Shown here piece by piece: positions 1 to 11,073 of a DNA stretch of 60,528 bases. Made by a program: the position numbers and the translations under genes. Within the stretch, counting starts at the first letter, position 1; every line of letters starts with the position of its first letter. The notes under the pieces were generated by a model. That model searched no databases and was not told the origin of the DNA. It worked only from the letters and a program-made list of their open reading frames with translations. Source of the DNA: a bacterium (GTDB lineage Bacteria; Sysuimicrobiota; Sysuimicrobiia; Sysuimicrobiales; Humicultoraceae); assembly GCA_041497675.1 (NCBI GenBank), contig JBGQGY010000007.1, positions 1 to 60,528 on the forward strand, written 5' to 3'.

Positions 1-915
1 ATGGCCGTCATCCGCGCGTCGTTGCTGCATGACGTCGTGGAGAACGCGCCGCGCAAGGTGGTGGACATCGCCTCGGAGTTCGGCCCCACGGTCGCCGATC
101 TGGTCGGCGAGTTGACCAGGCCCGAAGCGACCCGTCACGATCGCGAGGCGTTCCGCGGCTATCTCGACGGGTTGAGCGGGCGGGCCCGGCTGATCAAACT
201 CGCCGACCGCATCGAGAACGTGCGGGGATTGCGTGCCATCCACGACGACTCGGAGTTCGTCCGCCGTTACCTCGAAGAAACGCGGGCACTGTTCCTCTCG
301 GAGTGGTCGGCACGGACCCACCCGGGGTTGGCGCAGACGTTGGACGAGGCCTATCAGGCGGCCGTCTTCAGGTGGTTCGAGGACTTGCGAACGGCCTACC
401 GGCCGCAGCGGGTACGGCTGCTGTTCCTCGGTGAAGCGCCGCCGGATCCCAAACAGCACGACGCGCGATTCTTCTACGGGCCGACGCTGTCGCGCCATCA
501 CTACCTGTTCCTGGGCATGATGGAAGCGTTGTACGGCGCCAGACTCGACCGGATTGCCGGGCACAAAGACGAGTGGCTGCGACGCTTCCAGGGCGATGGT
601 TTCTGGGTGCTGGACGCGCTCAGCGCGCCCGCAGAACCGCGCAGGCGCGTCGACCGGGTGGCGGCGCTGAAGAACGCCGCCCACGATGTGGCCGAACGTA
701 TCAAGGCGGTCGGTCCGGCCACCGGAGTGGTCCTCTGCCATCCGCTCGCCGACGAAGCGCTGCGACCATCGCTGCGCGCCGCGGGCATCCTCCTGCTGCA
801 CGAGAGCGTCATTCCCTTTCCCCTCCCGCAGTGGCGCCGCCCCTTCGTCGAGCGGGTGCGCCTGGCTATGATGGTTGGTGGAGTCAACCCAGCGACTCGG
901 GAGTCCGAGGCCTGA
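1..915 (+). CDS. HD-domain (RelA/SpoT hydrolase, Mesh1-like) protein fused to a uracil-DNA-glycosylase-like domain; probably 5'-truncated by the window edge
   Basis: N-half has LLHDVVE...FG..VADLV..LT...ARLIKLADRIENVR, typical of RSH/Mesh1 hydrolases. C-half YRP..VRLLFLGEAPP...FFY...GFWVLDA...IPFP resembles the UDG superfamily fold. Confidence 0.65.
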   Translation: MAVIRASLLHDVVENAPRKVVDIASEFGPTVADLVGELTRPEATRHDREAFRGYLDGLSGRARLIKLADRIENVRGLRAIHDDSEFVRRYLEETRALFLSEWSARTHPGLAQTLDEAYQAAVFRWFEDLRTAYRPQRVRLLFLGEAPPDPKQHDARFFYGPTLSRHHYLFLGMMEALYGARLDRIAGHKDEWLRRFQGDGFWVLDALSAPAEPRRRVDRVAALKNAAHDVAERIKAVGPATGVVLCHPLADEALRPSLRAAGILLLHESVIPFPLPQWRRPFVERVRLAMMVGGVNPATRESEA

Positions 916-971
916 CATTCGCACGTGAACGAGGCAGGCGATCGCTTGAAGCGCGGGGAATCAACCGCCCC

Positions 972-2123
972 ATGGCGAGCGACATCGTGACCACCCCCGA
1001 GTTGCAGCGCGGCCTCGAGTTTCTCGATCAGCACCTCCAGGACGTCATCGATGAGGCGATTCGCATCTGCGAGGTCCCGGCGCCGCCGTTTCAGGAATCT
1101 CGGCGCGCCGCCTTCGTGGCCGACCGCATGCAGGCGCTCGGGCTTGGCCCGCTGCGTCGCGATGCTGAAGGTGACGTGATCTGTGAACTGCCCGGCGCCG
1201 GCGGCCGGCCGGTCGTCGCCCTCACCGCGCATCTCGACACGGTGTTTGGGCCAGAGGTGTCTCCCACCGTGCGGCGCGACGGGCCCAGACTCCATGCCCC
1301 GGGCATCGGCGACAACAGTCTCGCGATCGCGTCGATGCTGTGGCTCGGCCGCGTCCTGAGGGACCTGCCCGGCCGCGGCACGCTCATCCTGGCGGCAAAC
1401 GTGGGTGAAGAGGGGCTCGGCAACCTGCGCGGCGCCAGGGCCCTGTGGGACCAATACGGGACCAGGGCCGACAACTGGGTGATTCTTGAAGGGGCGATGT
1501 TCAATCACCCGTCGTGCGTCGGCATCTGCGTCCGGCGACTCTCGATCACCTATCGCGGGCCGGGCGGGCATTCGTGGAGCGACTTTGGCCGGCCCAGCGC
1601 CGTGCATGCCCTGGGACGCCTGATCGACCAGATCGCGCAGATCCACGTTCCCGCCGAACCACGGACCACGTATAACGTCGGTGTCATCCAGGGCGGGCGG
1701 ACCGTCAACACGATCGCGCCGCTGGCCAGCCTGATCCTGGACATGCGCTCGGAGGAGCCGGAGGCGCTCGCCGTTCTCGAGCGCAGCGTGCGTGGATTGA
1801 TCGCCAGCATTGCCGGCGCCGCCGGGGTCACGGCCGAGATCGAGGTGCTCAGCGACCGCGCGGGTGGGCGGCTCCCGGCGGGCCACTCCCTGATCCGGTT
1901 GGTCGAGGAGGCGGGGGCGGCCGTGGGTGTGCCCCCAACGTGGAAGTCGTCGAGCACCGACGCCAACGTCGCGTTGAGCCACGGCGCCGCCGCCGTCTGC
2001 CTGGGTCTCGCCGAAGGCGAGAACCTGCACGCAGAAGACGAGGTGCTGGACGTCACGCTGCTGCCCAAGGGTCTCCGACAAGCTTTCCTGGTCACGGCGA
2101 CGCTGCTGCTCGGGCGGACGTGA
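972..2123 (+). CDS. M20/M28 family metallopeptidase
   Basis: Metal-ligand motifs TAHLDT, GIGDN, GEEG, LEG and a C-terminal His (NLHAEDE). ATG at 972 preferred over the ORF-track start at 573, which overlaps the upstream gene. Confidence 0.85.
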   Translation: MASDIVTTPELQRGLEFLDQHLQDVIDEAIRICEVPAPPFQESRRAAFVADRMQALGLGPLRRDAEGDVICELPGAGGRPVVALTAHLDTVFGPEVSPTVRRDGPRLHAPGIGDNSLAIASMLWLGRVLRDLPGRGTLILAANVGEEGLGNLRGARALWDQYGTRADNWVILEGAMFNHPSCVGICVRRLSITYRGPGGHSWSDFGRPSAVHALGRLIDQIAQIHVPAEPRTTYNVGVIQGGRTVNTIAPLASLILDMRSEEPEALAVLERSVRGLIASIAGAAGVTAEIEVLSDRAGGRLPAGHSLIRLVEEAGAAVGVPPTWKSSSTDANVALSHGAAAVCLGLAEGENLHAEDEVLDVTLLPKGLRQAFLVTATLLLGRT

Positions 2124-2126
2124 CGT

Positions 2127-2879
2127 GTGCGCGTCGATCTGAACGCCGACGTTGGTGGTTCGTACGGACGCTGGACGCTCGGTGACGACGCGGCCCTGCT
2201 CCCGCACGTGACCTCGGCGAACATCTGCTGCGGCTATCACGCCGGAGATCCGCACGTCATGCGCGACACCGCTGCGCTCGCCGTGCGGCACGGGGCGGGA
2301 ATCGGCGCGCACGTTGGCCTGCCCGACCTCATGGGCTACGGACGGCGGCGGATGGCCGTCTCGCCGGACGAATTCCGGGACTTCACAGTCTACCAGGTGG
2401 GAGCCTTGTGGGCTTTCGCTCGAGCCGTCGGGGGGCGGCTGCAGCACGTCAAACCACACGGCGCCATGTACCACATGGCGGCCGAGGACGCCGCGTATGC
2501 CCGGGCGATCGTTGAGGCGATCGCGGAGGTGGACCGAGACGTGATCCTCCTCCTGCGCGGCGACGCTGTGATGGAGGCCGCGCGCGCGGCCGGGGTTCGG
2601 TTCATTGGCGAAGGCTATATCGATCTTGACTACGCCGCCGATGGGTCGCTGGTGACCGCCCGGGACAAGCGGCCGAGTGATCCTCGCGAGATTGCGGCGA
2701 AAGCCGTGCGGTTGGTCACCGAGGGAAAGGTGCGGGCGGTCGACGGGTCGGATCTGGCCGTGTCCGCGCAAAGCCTCTGCGTGCACGGCGATCGGCCGAA
2801 CGCGGTGGAGGTCGCCAAGGCCGTCCGGCTGGCCCTGGCGAATGCAGGGGTCGATGTCGTGCCCCTGGCCGCGCTCTAG
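2127..2879 (+). CDS. pxpA: LamB/YcsF family 5-oxoprolinase subunit A
   Basis: DLNADVG, SANICCGYHAGDP, HVKPHGAMY and LCVHGD motifs. Confidence 0.9.
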   Translation: MRVDLNADVGGSYGRWTLGDDAALLPHVTSANICCGYHAGDPHVMRDTAALAVRHGAGIGAHVGLPDLMGYGRRRMAVSPDEFRDFTVYQVGALWAFARAVGGRLQHVKPHGAMYHMAAEDAAYARAIVEAIAEVDRDVILLLRGDAVMEAARAAGVRFIGEGYIDLDYAADGSLVTARDKRPSDPREIAAKAVRLVTEGKVRAVDGSDLAVSAQSLCVHGDRPNAVEVAKAVRLALANAGVDVVPLAAL

Positions 2880-2915
2880 CTGTCGCCGGGATCCTGATCG
2901 CGTGGAGGAGGGACC

Positions 2916-4031
2916 GTGACCGAGAACGATCACATTCGTCACCAGTGGGACCGAGCACGAGTGTTGATGGAAGGCCAGGGCATCGACGCGCTCTTCGTGA
3001 CGGAGAAGTTTAACTACTGGATCCTCACCGGCCACCGCAGCCGGCAGTTTGACGGCAAGCAGCGGCCCATGCTGTTGATCCTCCCCTTGAAGGACGAACC
3101 GGTGATGATCGTCTACGGACGCGACGAACGCCAGGTTCGCGCGACCACACCGGTGAAGAACATCAAGACCTACGTCGATGTGCCCTTCCCGCTCGAGCTC
3201 GTGCCCGACACGTTCAAAGAACTCGGGCTCGACCGAGCCCGGATTGGCTGCGAGACCGGTGAGTTCCAGCGGCTCGGGATCTCCTACAGCGACTTCGAGG
3301 CGATCCGCCGGGCGCTGCCGGGCGCGAGCATCGTCGATGCGAGCCCGATCCACAACCACCTGCGGATGGTGAAGGCGCCGTGGGAGGTTGAACGGATCCG
3401 CGAGGCCTGCACGATGGCGACCCGGGCCTGGACGACGGCCCTGGGGCGCCTCCGGCCGGGGATGGACGTGGCACAGGTGCGGATCATCATCGCGCGCGCC
3501 ATGCTCGACGTCGGGGGGGAGGGCGGCCACATCGATCTCGGCCTGGAAGGACACGGTTTTGTCCACACTTATCGGTCGGGCGACTGGCTTTGGAGTGATT
3601 TCGGAACAGAGCACGAAGGATACCGGTCGGATTTAGCGCGCATGGCCGTTTTCGGCCCGCCGAGCGACGAGCAGAAACGGGAGTTCGAGCGCATCTGGGA
3701 CCTCACGAATCGCCTGATCCAGCGCATCGGGCCCGGTGTCCGGTGCTCGGACCTGGCCAGGCAGCACAGCGAAGACATGGTTAGGTTGGGTCTCCCCCCG
3801 TTGGAGGGCAGCAAACGAGTGGGGCACGGCTTTGGGGTGACGTCTGATCCGCCGTCCATCGGTTTGGCCGACGACACGGTGCTCGAGCCGGGCATGGTCC
3901 TCACTCCCGAGCCGAGGTACTTCATCGCCTCCGGCCAGCGGATGCATCTGGAAGAGGACGTCGTCGTGACCGCGAACGGGTGCGAGTTGCTTTCGACAGG
4001 CGCCGAGCGCCTGATCAGCATCGGTGGGTAG
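2916..4031 (+). CDS. M24 family Xaa-Pro peptidase
   Basis: Creatinase-like N-domain, LRMVK..WEVERIREA, and metal ligands D(SDFG), D(SDLAR), H(GHGFG), E(PEP), E(LEED). SD GGAGGAGG upstream. Confidence 0.88.
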   Translation: MTENDHIRHQWDRARVLMEGQGIDALFVTEKFNYWILTGHRSRQFDGKQRPMLLILPLKDEPVMIVYGRDERQVRATTPVKNIKTYVDVPFPLELVPDTFKELGLDRARIGCETGEFQRLGISYSDFEAIRRALPGASIVDASPIHNHLRMVKAPWEVERIREACTMATRAWTTALGRLRPGMDVAQVRIIIARAMLDVGGEGGHIDLGLEGHGFVHTYRSGDWLWSDFGTEHEGYRSDLARMAVFGPPSDEQKREFERIWDLTNRLIQRIGPGVRCSDLARQHSEDMVRLGLPPLEGSKRVGHGFGVTSDPPSIGLADDTVLEPGMVLTPEPRYFIASGQRMHLEEDVVVTANGCELLSTGAERLISIGG

Positions 4032-4041
4032 GGACGACGGC

Positions 4042-5013
4042 GTGAGACCGCTCTACATTTCCGCCGAAGTGACGCGGGACCTCATCACCGTCCGCGAGGT
4101 CCTGGACATCGTCGAGGACGTCTTTCGCATGCAGGCGCGCGGTGAAGTCACCTGGAGCGAGCCGTCGCGGTTCACGATCCACGGCCGATCCGAGCCCATC
4201 TATTCCCACGTCAAAGGGTGCATTCTCGAAGGCGTACCCATCATGGGGGTACGGGTCGTCGGCTACGCGATCCACCCCGACGGGTCGGGGACAAGCAACC
4301 CGGAATCCACGCGGGTCGTGGTCTTGACGGATCCCCGTACCGGTCGTCTCCTCGCGATCATCGATGAACACTGGACCTACGCGGTTCGAACGACGGCGGC
4401 GGCCGTCATCGGCGCGAAGTACCTGGCACGCCCTGACACACGCACCGTTGGTATCGTGGGCGCCGGGGCGCTGGCGCGCACGGGATTGATGGCGCTGGCC
4501 GCGACGTTTCGTCTCTCGCGTGTCGTGGTCACCTCCCGCCGGCGCGAGTCGTTTGAGGGCTTTGCCCGGGAGATGTCCGCGGAACTGGGCGTCGCGGTGG
4601 TGCCGCACGACTCGATTGAAGCGGTCTGCGCGGGCGCCGACGTGATCTTGGTGTCGACGACGGCGGGCCGGCCGCTGGTGCAGGAGCGGTGGGTGCCGCC
4701 CGGCGCCTGCCTGATTTCCATCGGCCGGGATGAGCTCGAGCACACGCTCTTCGCCGCGGTCGACAAGATCGTCGTCGACGAACGTCGCGAGGTCCTGCGC
4801 TCTCTTGAGACGGTGATGGCGGAGGGCCACCTGACGGAGGATCGAATCCATGCGGAGATCCAGGATATTGTCGCCAAGCGAAAACCTGGCCGGGAGCGTC
4901 CCGACGAGCGGATCCTGATCAAGACGGTCGGTCTGGTCAGTCAGGACGTGGCGGTCGCCTACCGGACCTATGAAAAGGCGGTCGCAGCGGGTCGTGGAAT
5001 ACCTCTAGCGTAG
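4042..5013 (+). CDS. Ornithine cyclodeaminase/mu-crystallin family protein
   Basis: RTTAAAVIGAKYLA, GIVGAG Rossmann motif, KTVGLVSQDVA. GTG at 4042 chosen as start. Confidence 0.88.
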   Translation: MRPLYISAEVTRDLITVREVLDIVEDVFRMQARGEVTWSEPSRFTIHGRSEPIYSHVKGCILEGVPIMGVRVVGYAIHPDGSGTSNPESTRVVVLTDPRTGRLLAIIDEHWTYAVRTTAAAVIGAKYLARPDTRTVGIVGAGALARTGLMALAATFRLSRVVVTSRRRESFEGFAREMSAELGVAVVPHDSIEAVCAGADVILVSTTAGRPLVQERWVPPGACLISIGRDELEHTLFAAVDKIVVDERREVLRSLETVMAEGHLTEDRIHAEIQDIVAKRKPGRERPDERILIKTVGLVSQDVAVAYRTYEKAVAAGRGIPLA

Positions 5014-5031
5014 GCGTGGAGGGGGAGACGT

Positions 5032-6657
5032 GTGATCATGGTGCGCAAACAGGTGTTCATCGCCGCAGCCGTGCTGGGGGCGATCGTGCTGGTCGCCGCG
5101 ACCCTGAACGTCATGGCGCAGGATCAGGGTGTCTTCACCGACGGCGTCTTGATCTACGCGGACCGATCTGATCCCGAGGGGCTGGACCCCACGATGTTCA
5201 CCGGGACCTCAGGGTACATCCAGGGACATCTGATGTTTGACACCCTGTTGGGGAAGAACAACAACGGGAGGCTCGTGCCGCTCCTGGCTTCCTCCTGGCA
5301 GGTGAGCCCTGACGGGCGCACCTACACGTTCACGCTGCGCGGCGACGTCGAGTTCCACAGCGGCAAGAAGCTGACCTCGGCCGACGTCAAGTACTCGCTG
5401 GAGCGTCTGGGGAAAAAGGAGAACGCCTCACCCTGGAACGATCTGGTCGCGTTCGTCGACCGCGTCGAAGCGCCCGACGATTACACGGTGGTGGTCCGCC
5501 TCACCAAGCCCAACCGTTTGTTCCTCGATAGTATGTCCCAGACAGGCGCCTCGATCGTCAACCGGCAGGCGATCGAGAAGTACGGGAAGGAGTTCGGCCG
5601 GACGGTCGTGGATGGGACCGGGCCCTTCAAGCTCGTCGATCGCGCGTTCAATGAGCGGATCGTCTACGAGCGTTTCGATAAGTATCGGTGGGGACCGTCG
5701 TTCTACGGCAACCGCGGGCCGGCTCGTATCAAGCGGGTGGTGTGGCGGGTGATTCCCGAACTGGCAACACGCCAGCTCATCATGGAACGAGGCGAGATCG
5801 ACCTGATCACGCACAACGCCGCCCCGAACGTCCTCTATCGCGCCACAGAACTCAAAGGCCGGGTGGATGTCACGCTGCGGCCGGTGTTGGAGATCCGCGC
5901 CATCTTCACAAACGCGAACTTCCCGCGGATGAAGGATCGCGCGGTCCGGCGGGCCATCGCGCAGGCGATCAATAGCAAGGCCATTGCCGAGACCATCTAT
6001 GCGCCGGTCGGCGCGCAGGCCTTCAATATGCTCCATCCGTTGGCCTACGGATACTGGAAGGGCGCTGAGCAGGCGGCGCTGCGATACGATCCCGCCCGGG
6101 CCCGGCAAACGTTGGATGAGGCCGGCTGGAGGCTGAATGCGCAGGGCTTCCGTGAGAAGGGCGGCGTGGTACTCAGCGGCATCAAGTTGATGGGACTGCC
6201 GCAGTATCGGGAGGCGGCCGTCGTGGTGAAGGAGAGCCTGGGCGAGATTGGCATCGGCGCCGACATCGAGCTGTCCGAACGCGGGCGGCTCTACCCGCTG
6301 CGTCGCACCGGTGACGTCGAGCTGGAGTTCACCAACACGACGGGCGCGCCCGACGTGCTCATGGAGTATATGCATTCCACCAACTTCCCCGGGACGAATC
6401 GCTTTGGCTGGAAGGATGCCCGCACCGACCAGTTGATCGAGACCTTTCTCGCCGGGGCCGACGAGAAGAGGGCGCTGGAGGCCGGGTACGAGGTTCAAAA
6501 GATCGCCGTCGCGGAAGAGGCGCTCTTTATCCCCGTGTACCTCACCCAGGAGCTGAACATCGTCAACAGCCGGACCGTACGCGGGTTCGTCGGAACGACC
6601 TGGCTCAACTCGGGAGTGGGGAAACTGCTGGGCGTGTGGAGTACCCGGCGGCCCTGA
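5032..6657 (+). CDS. Peptide/nickel ABC transporter substrate-binding protein (family 5)
   Basis: Signal peptide, LDP motif, LA.SW.VS.DG.TYTF.LR..V.FH.G, GTGPFKL. Confidence 0.92.
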   Translation: MIMVRKQVFIAAAVLGAIVLVAATLNVMAQDQGVFTDGVLIYADRSDPEGLDPTMFTGTSGYIQGHLMFDTLLGKNNNGRLVPLLASSWQVSPDGRTYTFTLRGDVEFHSGKKLTSADVKYSLERLGKKENASPWNDLVAFVDRVEAPDDYTVVVRLTKPNRLFLDSMSQTGASIVNRQAIEKYGKEFGRTVVDGTGPFKLVDRAFNERIVYERFDKYRWGPSFYGNRGPARIKRVVWRVIPELATRQLIMERGEIDLITHNAAPNVLYRATELKGRVDVTLRPVLEIRAIFTNANFPRMKDRAVRRAIAQAINSKAIAETIYAPVGAQAFNMLHPLAYGYWKGAEQAALRYDPARARQTLDEAGWRLNAQGFREKGGVVLSGIKLMGLPQYREAAVVVKESLGEIGIGADIELSERGRLYPLRRTGDVELEFTNTTGAPDVLMEYMHSTNFPGTNRFGWKDARTDQLIETFLAGADEKRALEAGYEVQKIAVAEEALFIPVYLTQELNIVNSRTVRGFVGTTWLNSGVGKLLGVWSTRRP

Positions 6658-6676
6658 CGGTTCCCCTCAGGCGACG

Positions 6677-7617
<941 letters not shown>

Positions 7618-7621
<4 letters not shown>

Positions 7622-8475
7622 TGCTCGAGCGGCCGCGCGGGTATTGGGCCGACGTCTTCCAACGGTTCAGGCGCGAGCGTGTCGCGTGGCTGGCGGCCAC
7701 GGTGGTGGCAGCGTATGTCCTGGCCGCGGTCGCGGCGCCCAGGATCGCGCCCTACAATCCCCTCAAGACGGCCCTGCTGGAACGGCTCCGCCCGCCTTCG
7801 GCGGCCCACTGGTTGGGGCAGGATGAGGTGGGACGCGACATCCTGAGCCGGGTCATTTTCGGCGGCCGGGTGTCGCTCGCGGTCGGCGTCCTGTCTGTCG
7901 CGCTTGGCGTCAGCGTCGGCGGCTTGCTCGGGATCGTCGCCGGGTTCTACCCGAGGCTCGACGATTCGATCATGCGCGTGGTCGATGTCGTGATGGCCTT
8001 TCCATTCATCCTGCGCGCCATCGCCGTCGTCGCGATCCTGGGCCCGGGGTTTATCAATCTCTTTATTGCCATCGGGTTCGGACAGATCCCCACGTTCGCC
8101 CGGCTCGTTCGCAGCCTGGTCCTGAATGTGAAGGGTGAGACGTTCGTTGAAGCTGCGCGGGCGATCGGGGCCGGTGACCGCCGCGTGCTCTCACACCACG
8201 TGCTGCCGCAGATGGTCGCGCCCATCACCACGTTCTCGACCCTGGAGATGGGTGCGGCGATCCTGGGCGCGGCGACACTCAGCTTTCTGGGGCTGGGTGT
8301 CAACCCGCCGACGCCCGAGTGGGGAGCGCTGGCCAGCGCCGGGCGTGAGCACCTTCGCTACGCGCCCCACGTCGTGGTCTTTCCCTCACTCGCCATCTTC
8401 ATTGCCGTCTGGTCGTTCAACGTTCTCGGTGATGCGCTTCGTGATGCGATGGATCCCAAATTGCGTGGGAGGTAG
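7618..8475 (+). CDS. Peptide ABC transporter permease (DppC/OppC-like)
   Basis: HWLG.D..GRDILSR, FVEAARAIGA, LSFLGLG..PPTPEWG. Overlaps the upstream stop (GTGA). Confidence 0.93.
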
Positions 8476-8535
8476 GTGTTACTGATGTCCGCGGAGAACT
8501 GGACACGGACCCCAAACTTGAGGAGGGAAATCCCG

Positions 8536-10134
8536 ATGGCAACGTGGCGGTGGTTCGGTCGGGCCGCGGCGATGGTGCTCGCTGTGGTGCTGCTCGCACC
8601 CCTGGCGTTCGCTCAGGTGCAGCCCAGACCCGGCGGCGAGCTCGTCTTTGTCACGACGGAGGAGCCGGACACCCTCGACCCGCAGAAGACCAGCGCGGCC
8701 GTGACGGGTAACGTCATGCGCTGGATGGCCGATACGCTGGTCACCAAGGACCTCAGCGGCAACTACACTGGTGCGCTGGCGAAGTCGTGGACCGTTTCGC
8801 GCGACGGCCTCGTCTGGACCTTCCAGCTCAAGGAGAACGTGAAGTTTCACGACGGCTCCCCGTTCAACGCGCAGTCGGTGAAGGGGTCGATCGAGCGGGC
8901 GCTCGCCCCCGAGACCAAGTCGCCGGTTGCCGGTGCCCTGTTTGGCCCGGTGGCCAGCGTGACCGCCGAAGGCGCACTGACGGTCGTCATCAAACTCAAG
9001 GAATCCTTCTCGCCGTTCCTCGATAACCTGACGGACCCGCGCGCAGTCATCATCAGCGCGCAGGCCGCGCAGCAGCTCGGTGACCGATTTGGCCGGAGCC
9101 CTGTGGCGACCGGCCCGTTCAAGATTCAGGAATGGCGCAGCGCAGACCGTGTCATCCTGGTGCGCAACCCCGACTATCAGTGGGGTCCGAGTTACGCCCA
9201 CGCGGGGCCGCCGTATGTCGAGCGGCTGATCCTGCGGATCGTGCCGGAGTTGGCCGCCCAAGTGGCGGCGTTCGAGCGGGGCGAGATCACGGTCACGTTC
9301 CCCGCGGTCATCCCGCCGACGGACGTGCGCCGGCTACAGGACACGAAGAAGTACGCTATGTTCACCTTCCTGCGCAAGGGTATCGCCAACATGATGGAGT
9401 TCAACGTCACGAAAGAGCCGTTCACCGACGTGCGGGTGCGGCGTGCCTTAGCCTTCGCGATCGAGAAGAAGAGCATCCTGCATATTGCGCTGGAGGATCT
9501 GGGCGAGGTCGCCTATGGTCCGCTCCCGCCTTCGATCTGGGGGTATTGGGACGGTATCAAGGACTACGCGCCTGGGTACGATCCCGGCCAGGCCAAACGG
9601 CTGCTGGCCGAGGCTGGGTGGCAGCCGGGGGCGGGCGGGGTACTGCAAAAGGACGGCAAGCCGTTCACCTTCCAACTCTTCATCGTCCCAACCGACCTGG
9701 CGCGGAAGACGGCTCAGATCATCCAGGCACAGTTGCGGGCCTACGGCATCCAGATGGAGATCCAGCCCTTCGAGTTTGGGACCCTGCTGGCGAAGTTGCG
9801 CGCGGGCGAGCACCAGGCCGAAACCCTCGGCTACACGTACACATCACCCGACATCTTCTTCCTGTGGTTCCATTCGTCCAATGTGGGCACAGGGTTGACG
9901 TTCAGCCACAACAAGGATCCGCAGCTCGACAAGATGATCGTGGCGTCGCGGACTGAGACGAGCCCGCAAAAGCGGCTGGAAATCTATCGGGACCTGCAAA
10001 AGTACGTCGTAGACAAAGCGCTGTGGGTGCCGCTGTTTATCAATACCAACTACATTGCGATCCAGCCAAACGTGCAGGGCGCGAAGGTCCACCCCGACGG
10101 GTACCTCGTAGTGGCGGATATGTACCTCCGCTGA
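8536..10134 (+). CDS. Second peptide ABC transporter substrate-binding protein (family 5)
   Basis: SD GAGGAGG before ATG 8536, signal peptide ending AFA-Q, EPDTLDP, VKFHDG, ATGPFK. Confidence 0.92.
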   Translation: MATWRWFGRAAAMVLAVVLLAPLAFAQVQPRPGGELVFVTTEEPDTLDPQKTSAAVTGNVMRWMADTLVTKDLSGNYTGALAKSWTVSRDGLVWTFQLKENVKFHDGSPFNAQSVKGSIERALAPETKSPVAGALFGPVASVTAEGALTVVIKLKESFSPFLDNLTDPRAVIISAQAAQQLGDRFGRSPVATGPFKIQEWRSADRVILVRNPDYQWGPSYAHAGPPYVERLILRIVPELAAQVAAFERGEITVTFPAVIPPTDVRRLQDTKKYAMFTFLRKGIANMMEFNVTKEPFTDVRVRRALAFAIEKKSILHIALEDLGEVAYGPLPPSIWGYWDGIKDYAPGYDPGQAKRLLAEAGWQPGAGGVLQKDGKPFTFQLFIVPTDLARKTAQIIQAQLRAYGIQMEIQPFEFGTLLAKLRAGEHQAETLGYTYTSPDIFFLWFHSSNVGTGLTFSHNKDPQLDKMIVASRTETSPQKRLEIYRDLQKYVVDKALWVPLFINTNYIAIQPNVQGAKVHPDGYLVVADMYLR

Positions 10135-10152
10135 TCGCCGGGGGCGGGCAGG

Positions 10153-11073
10153 ATGCGGGCCTACCTGATCCGCAGGCTCTTCCTGCTCGTCCCCACGTTG
10201 TTTGGGGTGACGCTCGCCGTCTTCCTCATGCTCCGGCTGACGCCGGGCGATCCCGTTCAAATCATGCTGGGAGAGTTTGGCTCGAAGGAACAGGTCGAGC
10301 GGCTGCGCCATGATCTCGGACTCGACCAACCGCTGCCCATGCAGTACGTGAAGTTCATCGCGCGGGCGGCGCACGGCGATCTCGGCACATCGATCCGCAG
10401 CCGCACCGCGGTCGTCACCGAGATCGGGGATCGGTTGCCGGCGACCATTACGCTGACACTGGCCGCGACCGCGCTCGCAGCCGGCGTCGGTGTGTCGATT
10501 GGCACAGTCGCCGCAACGGCCCGGATGCCATTGGTCGACTCCGCCGTGATGGCGTTCTCCCTGATCGGTTTGTCCATGCCGACGTTCTGGTCCGGGCTGC
10601 TGCTCATCTTCGCCTTCTCGCTGAAACTCGGCTGGCTCCCGATCACCGAGTCGGAAGGGATTCGGGCGCTGATCCTGCCCGCCGTCACGCTTGCCGCGCC
10701 GGCCTCGGCCGTGCTGGCGCGCATCACGCGTTCGAGCGTGCTCGAGGTGCTGGGCCAGGAGTTCATCCGGACGGCGCGTTCGAAGGGGCTGGCGCACTAC
10801 GCCGTCGTGGTCCGGCACGCGTTGCGCAACGCCCTGATCCCCGTGCTGACCATCCTTGGGCTGCAGTTCGGGGCGCTGCTGGCGGGGGCGGTCATCGTCG
10901 AATCGGTTTTCTCCCGGCCCGGCCTCGGCCGCCTGGCCGTGAACGCCATCCTGTCGCGTGACTTTCCGATGGCGCAAGGGATCGTGTTGGTCGTCGGAGT
11001 GATGTACGTGTTTGTGAATGCGACGATCGATCTGGTATACGGCTTCCTGGACCCGAGGATCCGCTACCATTGA
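10153..11073 (+). CDS. Peptide ABC transporter permease (DppB/OppB-like)
   Basis: PGDP, GLDQP, EFIRTARSKGL, HALRNALIP, DPRIR. Confidence 0.93.
   Translation: MRAYLIRRLFLLVPTLFGVTLAVFLMLRLTPGDPVQIMLGEFGSKEQVERLRHDLGLDQPLPMQYVKFIARAAHGDLGTSIRSRTAVVTEIGDRLPATITLTLAATALAAGVGVSIGTVAATARMPLVDSAVMAFSLIGLSMPTFWSGLLLIFAFSLKLGWLPITESEGIRALILPAVTLAAPASAVLARITRSSVLEVLGQEFIRTARSKGLAHYAVVVRHALRNALIPVLTILGLQFGALLAGAVIVESVFSRPGLGRLAVNAILSRDFPMAQGIVLVVGVMYVFVNATIDLVYGFLDPRIRYH

Noticed and set aside
501..3614. 1037-aa minus-strand ORF
   Set aside because: Antisense shadow of well-supported plus-strand genes in a high-GC genome; no recognisable motifs. The same applies to most long overlapping ORFs in the track.
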